Positions 51,134-59,836 of a stretch of DNA of 64,000 nucleotides are shown piece by piece. Both the position numbers and the translations under genes were made by a program. Each line of letters starts with the position of its first letter. Within the stretch, counting starts at the first letter, position 1. Source of the DNA: a virus. The stretch covers positions 1 through 64,000 of the IMG/VR virus record IMGVR_UViG_3300027987_000212. One strand, given 5' to 3'. The notes beneath the pieces were generated by a model. That model searched no databases and was not told the origin of the DNA. It saw only the letters and a program-made list of their open reading frames with translations.

Positions 51134-51535
51134 TCAAGCCTCCGGAGGGAGAATGGAGTCGCTCAAGCCCAGGCGCTTCACAGCAGCCTTGCGCACAAGC
51201 TTGTAGAGGAAGCTCGAGAACCACCCTACGCCACCCCCGAACATCACACAGACGACACCTGCCTCGTGCATGGGGCCAAATAGGTACTCATTGTGCGACA
51301 GCCCCGCCAGCATCCCGTACGCCACCGGAACAGCGTAAAGGACCACACCATTCCACCAACGAGACCACGTTGTCGCGTACATCGGTGCCGCCTCCAAGTC
51401 CGTCGCAGCCTGCCTGGACGATGGCACCAAGAGCTCGACTACCCTCCGGGTAAAGAACGTCGCAATGAAAACAGCAATCCCCAGTACGAACGTACCCGTA
51501 CGGAGTAGTACTTCCAGAATACCCAAGGCTTCCAT
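51134..51535 (-). CDS. holin-like membrane protein (start ATG 51535)
   Basis: Three hydrophobic segments and basic C-terminus; AAGGAG RBS; follows the tail fibre gene. Confidence 0.55.
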   Translation of the reverse strand: MEALGILEVLLRTGTFVLGIAVFIATFFTRRVVELLVPSSRQAATDLEAAPMYATTWSRWWNGVVLYAVPVAYGMLAGLSHNEYLFGPMHEAGVVCVMFGGGVGWFSSFLYKLVRKAAVKRLGLSDSILPPEA

Positions 51536-51568
51536 GTGAACTCCTTCTAGTACCACTCTACCACGGCA

Positions 51569-54500
51569 TCAGGGGTAGGTCTTCCTCTGCGCAAACCAAC
51601 GTGGGGCTCCGATGGCGGTATCCTTCACCAATCTGAAAGAGAAGAAGTAGTACAAAGAACTGCCCGTGGCGTTACTGGTGGGTATGGTACTGTCCCCAGT
51701 TGCAAAGAAGAACGTATTTGACTCAAAGGCCACAGTGCAGTTAGACGCGCCGTTCTCCAACTCGATGAGCACGAGGAACTCATCACCAGCAACCGCCTCC
51801 GAGTCAAACCCTGCTGCCGTCTCAATAGTGATGGTACGCACTGTCGCACCAGCCCCTGTGCGAACGAGTTTGAACGGCTCCGTTCTCGGGTCTATCGACA
51901 CGGTGACCGTTGCTGCGACACTCTGAGTAGTCTGCGGGCGGTTCACTACACGTAGCGCTTGGCGACCGCCCAAGCAACGAATCCCACCGTCACCTTCTAG
52001 GTACCCGTTAACTGCATACTGCAGCAATCCGCCCGCATCTACCGCGGTACCGAACCCTCCCCACGCAAACGCAGCCCTACCTTGCTGCACCGTCAACGTG
52101 CTGCTCGAGGAAGAGTCAACCCGCGAGGACAGGAAGAGGGGCGGGTAACGCGGTACCTCCGAGTTTGGCACAGCCGTCAAGTACCCCTCATTCAACACCG
52201 TGAAGAAGTGCGGATGCTGCATAGGCGGGGTATCGCCGTGAAAGAACTGCGCACCATTCCTAACTACACCGCCAAGCCACATTGTCGGCTGCAGCCAGCG
52301 ATACGTCACAAACTGAATACTGGTGCCGAAGTCAGCATAGGTGGCAACATCAACGGGGGTCAGGTACGCACGCCTAGGCTGGCCGGGTACCAACGCGGCT
52401 ACCCTGAAGGTCCCCAAAAAGGTCCCCACAGTGTTCCACACTTCCAGTAAGTCGCACGTGCGGAAGCGAGTAGACCCTCCAGATTGGAAGTAGTCGTTGA
52501 CCCCCACCTCTATCGTAGCCTTGTCTGTGGCAGAGCTACCACTATCTGGGTTCAGCGACCCCTGGCTGTTCGTGGATAACCTAGTCCAGACCGCGCCCCC
52601 ATTTAAGGTAGATGCACGAATATCCCTTTTCGTAGCCTCAGCTACGAGAGGCCCAGTAGTAAACTCGAGAGCAGCCTCGTTGCTGTCGCCAACTGACAGC
52701 TGCTCCACCGTTTGGAAAAGCCCAGCCACTCCACCATAGCGACTGTTGGGCCAACCGGTACCGCTGCCGGTCTCATCCTGCTGCACGTGTATAGCGTAAG
52801 GACGCTTGAAGATATTGGGTGTTGAGCTGTTAATCCGCGGATACTTGAAGACACCGTGCCTGCCAAAGAAATTGGCGCCCTCGATGCTACCATCATCGAA
52901 CAACCTGCCTACGATATCCATCGCGCCACTGGAGGTCCAACCACCCCAACCAAAGGCACGCGTGTACGAGTCCAGCGTACTTCCGAGTGTTGGGGGCCCC
53001 GCATCAGTAGAGGTTGCGCCGAAGTTGCCCCCAGCCAGAAACACCGCTGTATCTCCCCGACGTTCGGCCCCGTCCCCAGTAAGCGGGCTAGGCGTAGTGA
53101 CCAGGAATGGGTGCATGCCGTAGGCTGTCTGCCCACCCCCGTTACCACCAAGTGCCACGGTCACTTGATGCCAATACACATAAACTGCCGTGGTTACCCC
53201 GGAGGGGAACACAGCGGTACTACTGGTCCCGCTAATCTCTAGTCGGACGACCCTAACCCGTGTGTTAGTGGGCCGTGTAGCAGCATCCACAGGTACGCGG
53301 AACATGCCGTAAGAGTCACCCGTAGCGACATTCACTACTTCAAGCAAGTCCATGTCACGCAAAGCGGACTTACCGCTCGCAGTGTGGAAGTCCCCGGCAG
53401 CCAATTCTATGGTGGCGCGCGCGTTATTTGACGTACCTGCGTCAGGATTGGCAGTCGCTGCCGCCGTAGGTGTAATGCGCGTGAACGTAGCATTACCCGC
53501 TAACGTTGACGCGCGCACATCTCGAGCAATAGCCTCCAGCACAAGCGGCCCCATATGGTGGCGCCCTTGCATCTTCTCATTCGTATCCCCGGTATTCGTG
53601 TGGTTTCGGTTGCGGTACAAACCAACTGATGGGTGCAGTGAAGCAGTAAGGCTACTAAACACTGCAGGCGGGTCACTCACTCGAAGCGCTGCAAACATGC
53701 CGTCCGGGGCAGTACTTCCGTAAGACACATCCTGCTGCTGCAACTCCACAGCCCGGCCATCTCGAATGATGAGTGAACCGCCGCCAGCAACGTTGAAGTC
53801 AGCTGTGGTAAAGCCAGCAGGTTGCGTAGTTGAACGTCGATAGCGCTCGTTGAGCCCAGAAGAAGCCAACGACCGAATAGTGGAATCGAAGGCGTCGTTC
53901 CACAATTGTCCTACGGAAGTCTCTGCGTGGAGTAACCGTAGAAGCTTACGTACCTCGTAGTTCACTTGATGCCCGTACAACAGGGGCGCCTCAAACAACG
54001 CCCCCAAGTACGTAGAAGACATCTCCTTGTAGTTCGTGCGAGTACCGTACACGATAGTGTACGTACCAGCAGGGATACTGGGGGAGAAGTCGAACGTCGG
54101 GCTATCGTAGAAGCCCTCCGCGGCCGTACCAACTACGTTCACTGAGGTGCCATCATGCAGCAGAGAACAGCGCACCTTGGAACCGCTGACCTCCAACTCA
54201 TTGCCCGCACTGTCCAGTACACGAATCAGTCTATCGCGGTTGTCTGCGGTATTCGCGGTACCGAACACACCAACATAGACCCAACCCGCAGCTGCATAAC
54301 TACTGACTGGCGCACCGCTAGTGGCGGTCACCTCCACCCTCTTCGGGATAGAGCGCATCACGACGTTATCTAGCTCATCGGTATTCTCTGCGAGAGCGTA
54401 CATCCCGCGGTTAACGGCACCACTTCGCCCCTTCTCCGAAAAAGCTACGAAGTACGTACCGTCATTCACCCCACCTGCCTTGATGGGGTCTACGACGGCA

Positions 54501-54619
54501 GGAACCCCCGCCCCGCCCACGGTGGCATCCGAGGGGGTGTTGAGTCGGTCGTACCCAGAAGATGGTACGGTGCCACCACCGGTAAAAAAGTACGGAGCAC
54601 TAGTTAACCTATGAAACAT
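51569..54619 (-). CDS. tail fibre/spike protein with internal duplication
   Basis: 1016 aa, G/T/S-rich; RDVRASTL...NPD...ATIE...DLLEV repeated as RDIRASTL...NPD...ATIE...DLLEV. Confidence 0.65.
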   Translation of the reverse strand: MFHRLTSAPYFFTGGGTVPSSGYDRLNTPSDATVGGAGVPAVVDPIKAGGVNDGTYFVAFSEKGRSGAVNRGMYALAENTDELDNVVMRSIPKRVEVTATSGAPVSSYAAAGWVYVGVFGTANTADNRDRLIRVLDSAGNELEVSGSKVRCSLLHDGTSVNVVGTAAEGFYDSPTFDFSPSIPAGTYTIVYGTRTNYKEMSSTYLGALFEAPLLYGHQVNYEVRKLLRLLHAETSVGQLWNDAFDSTIRSLASSGLNERYRRSTTQPAGFTTADFNVAGGGSLIIRDGRAVELQQQDVSYGSTAPDGMFAALRVSDPPAVFSSLTASLHPSVGLYRNRNHTNTGDTNEKMQGRHHMGPLVLEAIARDVRASTLAGNATFTRITPTAAATANPDAGTSNNARATIELAAGDFHTASGKSALRDMDLLEVVNVATGDSYGMFRVPVDAATRPTNTRVRVVRLEISGTSSTAVFPSGVTTAVYVYWHQVTVALGGNGGGQTAYGMHPFLVTTPSPLTGDGAERRGDTAVFLAGGNFGATSTDAGPPTLGSTLDSYTRAFGWGGWTSSGAMDIVGRLFDDGSIEGANFFGRHGVFKYPRINSSTPNIFKRPYAIHVQQDETGSGTGWPNSRYGGVAGLFQTVEQLSVGDSNEAALEFTTGPLVAEATKRDIRASTLNGGAVWTRLSTNSQGSLNPDSGSSATDKATIEVGVNDYFQSGGSTRFRTCDLLEVWNTVGTFLGTFRVAALVPGQPRRAYLTPVDVATYADFGTSIQFVTYRWLQPTMWLGGVVRNGAQFFHGDTPPMQHPHFFTVLNEGYLTAVPNSEVPRYPPLFLSSRVDSSSSSTLTVQQGRAAFAWGGFGTAVDAGGLLQYAVNGYLEGDGGIRCLGGRQALRVVNRPQTTQSVAATVTVSIDPRTEPFKLVRTGAGATVRTITIETAAGFDSEAVAGDEFLVLIELENGASNCTVAFESNTFFFATGDSTIPTSNATGSSLYYFFSFRLVKDTAIGAPRWFAQRKTYP

Positions 54620-54631
54620 TGTCGTGACCTT

Positions 54632-55252
54632 TCAGAACTGCAGCGTCCAGACAATCTCTACTGCGATAACCGGCGTCTTCGACAATGTATCGAAAGTCTC
54701 ATACGCAATGAGGGTGTTCTGGTAGTTGGCTATATCCGCATTGCTCGTTAGTAGCCCTACTTCTGACAACGGCACGCTGCTGTAGGTGTTGTAGCTTACC
54801 TCATCCTCGCTGAACACGCGTGTGTAGGTCACCTGACGGTCAACAGAGAAGTCTGGCGGAGCCTGAACCTGCCCCACCCAAACATCCCCAGCAAGTCCCG
54901 GATAGTTGGACTGCGACCCAGAGATGCGAACAGGGCGCTCGAGTGTGGTAACCAGCGGGTCGTCGTCTGTCTGGGTGTTGGTACCACTGTACGAAGGCAC
55001 CATGGGGGCAGCATTAGCGATGCCCAACGACGTCTGCGCAGTGCTACCTATGCCCACCCCCATGTACTTGATGCGCGCATTCTCTGAGGGGGTATCCGGA
55101 GAAAAGCTGCTGTACGAGAGTACCCGCGCTAGGTACGTCCGGCCTAGATTCAGCCAGATGTTGTGCCCTTCTCTCCGAGCAACAATCTTCCCACGCTCAC
55201 GCGCAGTGATGCGCACGTTCTGTTTGACTTCGATGTAATCTTGAAACATCAC
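54632..55252 (-). CDS. tail fibre proximal/baseplate attachment-type protein, paralogue A
   Basis: EGHNIWLNLGR...YMGVGIG...LERPVRISG...VPLSEVGL. Confidence 0.6.
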   Translation of the reverse strand: MMFQDYIEVKQNVRITARERGKIVARREGHNIWLNLGRTYLARVLSYSSFSPDTPSENARIKYMGVGIGSTAQTSLGIANAAPMVPSYSGTNTQTDDDPLVTTLERPVRISGSQSNYPGLAGDVWVGQVQAPPDFSVDRQVTYTRVFSEDEVSYNTYSSVPLSEVGLLTSNADIANYQNTLIAYETFDTLSKTPVIAVEIVWTLQF

Positions 55253-55259
55253 ACACCTA

Positions 55260-55901
55260 CTAGAAGTTCACGGTCCACCCAATGGTGAGCTCGGAGGAAG
55301 AGTCGAATTGTATAGGCGTAAAGTTAACGTACGCCACAATGGCGTTGTAGGCTTCATGCACGTCTGCAGTACCCCCTACAACCAAACCAGCTTCACTCAA
55401 CGGCACGACACCGAAGGGAGCATACGCAACATCCCCTGCTCCGCCGGCAAGGACATGCCACACAGTGAAAGAACTAGTGGAAGGGTACGTAAAGAACGTC
55501 TTCGGGGGTAAGTGGTCCGTCAGCCACACGTCCGAAGCCGCCGCAGAGGCATACGGATTGGACCCACCACTTATGCGTACGGGACGCTCGAGCGTCCCAA
55601 TGGGGGGAGATACCGCAAGCTCGTGGTTGTACTCCTTACCACTAGTAGCGTTGGGGTCGAACCCCGCTGGGTAGGAGGTGTCTACCTGCGCGGGTACCGT
55701 GCCTTGCAGCACTCCGCCGACACCAAACTGCACATGCTTGAGGTGCGACCCGTACAACGTTGGCGTGTCCGGCTCTATCGTGTTCAGGGAACAGACACGG
55801 CGAAGGTAATCTCTACCAACATCTGTCCACGTATTGTGCCCTTCCCAACGGTAGGCTAGTTTGCCTTGCTGGCGAACTGTGATGAAGACGTTCGGTTTCA
55901 T
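55260..55901 (-). CDS. tail fibre proximal/baseplate attachment-type protein, paralogue B
   Basis: EGHNTWTDVGR...VQFGVGG...LERPVRISG...VPLSEAGL. Confidence 0.6.
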   Translation of the reverse strand: MKPNVFITVRQQGKLAYRWEGHNTWTDVGRDYLRRVCSLNTIEPDTPTLYGSHLKHVQFGVGGVLQGTVPAQVDTSYPAGFDPNATSGKEYNHELAVSPPIGTLERPVRISGGSNPYASAAASDVWLTDHLPPKTFFTYPSTSSFTVWHVLAGGAGDVAYAPFGVVPLSEAGLVVGGTADVHEAYNAIVAYVNFTPIQFDSSSELTIGWTVNF

Positions 55902-58900
55902 GGAGTGAACTCCACCACTGTCTTGCCGCAGATGACCCCTGCTGGCAACGGGTCATCGAAGGTAAGCCCAGTCAGTGTGACCTCCACCCACGCACGCACG
56001 TACGTCCAATCGGGACTGCGTGCACTGCCTCCGCCATGCCTTATCCGAACTGACAACACATCGGTGGCCACTACGGCCGTAGCTGGCGCCCACTGCACTT
56101 CTGCGTAGTCTGCCGTTGCAGTGAAGGCTTGCGTCGCTTGCACTGTCCCATTCACCGCTAAGGCCACCTCATAGTCGTCTGGGTCAGCTCCGGGCCCCCC
56201 GGCAATCAACACCAATACGCGCGCCACCGTGCCAACCGCGACGACCGTACCAGAATCAGTGATGGTCAGGACCAGGCCAGTAGAGCCCGCCACCACTGAA
56301 AGCGGCCCAGCATCCAAAGTACTAACTCGCTGGTACACGGTAGCGCCAACCCGAAAGCTAGCATCGGAAGGAGGGACCCCGCCCGCAAAGTTCTCGCAGA
56401 CAGCCACCTCAGCAGAGTCGAGGGGGCACAGCTGCTCTTGGTCGAAGGCCCACTCAATCGTACTGTCGGACGTCGGGAAGGTGGGTAGGGCCCCTCCCTG
56501 AGCAGTATCGAAGTAGTTCCAGTAGTCCCCGCCAGTGGCCTTCGCATCATCGAAGATGGCTGCACTGAAGGGTTGGCAAGGACTATCCACCAGTCGGAGG
56601 CTTGCCCTAACGTGCACAGTGTCCGCAACATCGACTTCAGTGACCTGCACTTGCTTAGACACCACGAAGAGCGGGTACGTGTACCGTGGCTTCAGCTGCA
56701 ATACGAAGTTGCGCGCAACTACAAGAGCCGCTACATCGAACGCGTTCGCATCGATGCGCACCAAGAATCGATGGAACTTCTCTACCTCTACGAGCAGCCC
56801 TTGGTTCAACAAGCCCTCGAACCACTTAGGCTCAGATACCCAGTCTTCAACTTCTACGCCTTGGATGAGCGGAGAAAACTGCGTAACGGTATCTCCTACC
56901 GCGTAGGGGACGCCCGTCGCTGGGTTAACCTCTACACTCAACGTTGTGGGGAACGTATACGAACGTACTATCTCCGCACGAGCAGTATCGCGAATCAGTA
57001 TCCGCCCATTCGTCGGCGAGAAGTCAGTACGAATCTCCTCGATGATACCCTCCTCCTCTGCGAAGGGCAGTCCCAGAAGAATCTGACTACCCACGCGCAG
57101 GTTGCGCAAAGAGGGCCCATTCGCATAGGCATACCAAAGTCCGCGTACTGCCGACAGGTAGTCGACATTCCCGGGCAGCTCCGACACCTGGTCCAAGGTG
57201 AGCCCCGCAGGAATGCCAAAGTACTCCTCGATGAGAGGGTTGTTGTTCAGGTAGGTGTACTCTGCCCACAACCGCAGCGGAGGGTCATCGGCATCCACCC
57301 AGACACTAGCACCGCCGTTCACTCCAGAGACAAAACGAATGCAAGGCGTACCACGGTACACCTCGATGAAGTAGTCTAGGTTGTTACGTAGCGTCGTAGC
57401 GTCGTCAGAGAGCTGGATGTCCTTCACCAACGTCGGGACATCGATGACTAGCTCATCTATCGGCACATAGGTGCGTCGCACCACCTTAGCTAGTCGAACT
57501 GCCCGGTCAGACCTATAGAACGCATCGCCAAGCGGTACTGGGTCAAACGGCACGGCGCCCGGTGCGCCTGCACAAGCACCCAACACCGTTGTGGCTACCA
57601 ACTCGCTAAACACCTGCGTCTGCGCAGCAGTACTGACTGTGTCAACAACCTCAAAGTACACGTCGTCACCGAACGACACCAGGCCAGCATAGAAGTCCAG
57701 CAGCTCTGATGTTGCGTACCCAGAAATCATCCAATCGCTGGATGTACTCAACGGAACATCCGCTTTCACCGTCACGCGCTGCTGAGGAATGGTATCCGTA
57801 GCATCGTCTACGACGGCAGCGATTCGATAAGCCACGCCGTCTACTACCAACAAGTCGTCTTCTTTAATACCTCTCCCTAGAAGACTGGTAGTAATGCGGT
57901 AGCTACGGGAGGTGAGTCGAGTACCTCCCGTACCCATCAAAATCTCACTAGTGCTGTCAGCTACGAACGCGGCACAAGTGCTACTAACTACGGAGAAGGG
58001 GAAAGGAGCATCGATACGCACCAGTTCAGTACTGTCACGTAGCGTTACTACCTGCACAGTGAACGCCGTACTCACTTCTGCAAGTCTATTACGCAGCTCA
58101 GCAGCAAACGTCGCTGCCGTGTACGGGTCAGTCCCCACGAAGTTGACGGTAGCCGTACTTAGTAGAGCCGTGCTCGACAACACAAAGCCCGTGCCCGCGA
58201 CACCAGCCAAACCAGCCAAAGGAAAACTAGTAGACTCCACACCACTGTAGATAATGCGTGTCTTAGTCAGTTCTGGTAATGGCTCGCCCAGCACCAAGTC
58301 GTAGTGCAGCCACCGTCGGATGAAGAAACGCTGCACATCCCGCAAGCTCTTCGAGAACTCGAGTTGCCACAGCGTAAACAACTCTGTCGCAGCAACCTGC
58401 GCGAGCGAACTCCAGAACACACTGAGTCGGTCCCGGTCTTCAACCATGTTCCAGAAATCTGACAGGTACGAGAAGATAAACGTGAGGTCCGGTGTGATGC
58501 CACGAGGCAGCGGTGACTCGACTACGTTCAGTACTGCGATGGACTCGGCGCTGTCTATCTGCCCATCATTGACGATTAACCCGAAGCGGTAGAAGCCCAG
58601 CACATCGGGCAGAAAGGTGCAACGCACCATATCTGCCGCATTCAACCCGTACTGGCGTAGAAGTTTGAAGGACTGCCCAGTGTAGTCATCTGGAATGGAC
58701 TCTGTAGCTATCAAAGCGTAGAAGCCGTTCCCATCCACACCAGTGGACACAACCTCGTAGGCAAGCCCTCCTATTGCCAGAACATCGCCAGCCTGAATAG
58801 CTTGTACTGCGTGGGCATTTCCTAGTTCGACGGAGTGCCACTTGTCTGTAAAGCCTGTGGGCACCGCTAATGGGTAGCTGTTGCCGTCATCCAACGCCTC

Positions 58901-59836
58901 GACAAACTCACTAGTACTTGGGCCATCCAACAGGCGCCAAGCGTACACAAGCGGCGCCCCTTCCGGGTCGAAGCTAGCACTGCCATCCAGACGCACAATG
59001 GAGCAAGCACGTACGGCTTGGTCGATACCAGCGTTTGCAACAGGCGGTAGATTTGGTACAACTGCCGCAGATGCCAGGCACCATTGGTCTACAGCAACAC
59101 GCGACGGTCGTGCCGTAGTACCCTTCACGCTCATCAGCGCCTGGTCGATTGGTGGGTACGTAGCGCTACTCGCGTCGATACTCGGTAAGACTGCCACGAG
59201 GGTCTGACCCACTGCACCTATATCCGCCGTCGGTGTGACGAACAGGAAGGCCGCACCAGTGTCCCCGTCTACGGCCAACCGGAACGTAGTGTACTGCCCG
59301 GTGACGATGAGGCTAGCGCTGTCCGGCAGCACCTGCACCGGCGTGTCTAGAATGAGCGTCCCGGTGTCATAGTGGACTGAACCGGTGTAGGCGATACCGG
59401 CCTGCGAGATGAACACACCAGCTACCGGCCCCAACGCGTCACTCGCACCAAAGAACACGTGGTTGTTAACTAGGTCAGTAAAGTCAGCTGGCAGTCGCTC
59501 AAACCGAACAGTCCACTCCATCGTCCACTTGTTGGGAATATCGGAGAAGGGTACTGCCGAGATACTCGCGACATCCGTTAGAAACCCGCTGTCCGAGAGG
59601 TCACCACTGAGTAAGCCCAGGTCACACGACCCAGAGCTTGTCGGGTACTCAAGAGGAAGTTGTTCTGCGGCACCTGTTGGCGTCGTGATTGGCGACTCCA
59701 ACACATACAACATACTGGCACAATGGGTGAAACAAAAGAGGTCGAACGGGCTTGGCTCAATCGACGTGACAAAACCTGTGTCGCTGCCACCCCATGGAGC
59801 GCCTCCATACGCACCAGCGCCGATACCACCAGGCAT
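55898..59836 (-). CDS. large baseplate/tail protein with PKD-like Ig domain
   Basis: 1312 aa; PPVANAGIDQ...LDGSASFDPEG.PLVYAW and YRFGLIVNDG PKD halves; LSDFW and LKPRYT wedge-like segments. Confidence 0.65.
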   Translation of the reverse strand: MPGGIGAGAYGGAPWGGSDTGFVTSIEPSPFDLFCFTHCASMLYVLESPITTPTGAAEQLPLEYPTSSGSCDLGLLSGDLSDSGFLTDVASISAVPFSDIPNKWTMEWTVRFERLPADFTDLVNNHVFFGASDALGPVAGVFISQAGIAYTGSVHYDTGTLILDTPVQVLPDSASLIVTGQYTTFRLAVDGDTGAAFLFVTPTADIGAVGQTLVAVLPSIDASSATYPPIDQALMSVKGTTARPSRVAVDQWCLASAAVVPNLPPVANAGIDQAVRACSIVRLDGSASFDPEGAPLVYAWRLLDGPSTSEFVEALDDGNSYPLAVPTGFTDKWHSVELGNAHAVQAIQAGDVLAIGGLAYEVVSTGVDGNGFYALIATESIPDDYTGQSFKLLRQYGLNAADMVRCTFLPDVLGFYRFGLIVNDGQIDSAESIAVLNVVESPLPRGITPDLTFIFSYLSDFWNMVEDRDRLSVFWSSLAQVAATELFTLWQLEFSKSLRDVQRFFIRRWLHYDLVLGEPLPELTKTRIIYSGVESTSFPLAGLAGVAGTGFVLSSTALLSTATVNFVGTDPYTAATFAAELRNRLAEVSTAFTVQVVTLRDSTELVRIDAPFPFSVVSSTCAAFVADSTSEILMGTGGTRLTSRSYRITTSLLGRGIKEDDLLVVDGVAYRIAAVVDDATDTIPQQRVTVKADVPLSTSSDWMISGYATSELLDFYAGLVSFGDDVYFEVVDTVSTAAQTQVFSELVATTVLGACAGAPGAVPFDPVPLGDAFYRSDRAVRLAKVVRRTYVPIDELVIDVPTLVKDIQLSDDATTLRNNLDYFIEVYRGTPCIRFVSGVNGGASVWVDADDPPLRLWAEYTYLNNNPLIEEYFGIPAGLTLDQVSELPGNVDYLSAVRGLWYAYANGPSLRNLRVGSQILLGLPFAEEEGIIEEIRTDFSPTNGRILIRDTARAEIVRSYTFPTTLSVEVNPATGVPYAVGDTVTQFSPLIQGVEVEDWVSEPKWFEGLLNQGLLVEVEKFHRFLVRIDANAFDVAALVVARNFVLQLKPRYTYPLFVVSKQVQVTEVDVADTVHVRASLRLVDSPCQPFSAAIFDDAKATGGDYWNYFDTAQGGALPTFPTSDSTIEWAFDQEQLCPLDSAEVAVCENFAGGVPPSDASFRVGATVYQRVSTLDAGPLSVVAGSTGLVLTITDSGTVVAVGTVARVLVLIAGGPGADPDDYEVALAVNGTVQATQAFTATADYAEVQWAPATAVVATDVLSVRIRHGGGSARSPDWTYVRAWVEVTLTGLTFDDPLPAGVICGKTVVEFTP

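Noticed and set aside
51569-55901. Diversity-generating retroelement acting on tail genes
   Set aside because: No reverse transcriptase, and the repeats are old protein-level duplications rather than adenine-specific TR/VR pairs
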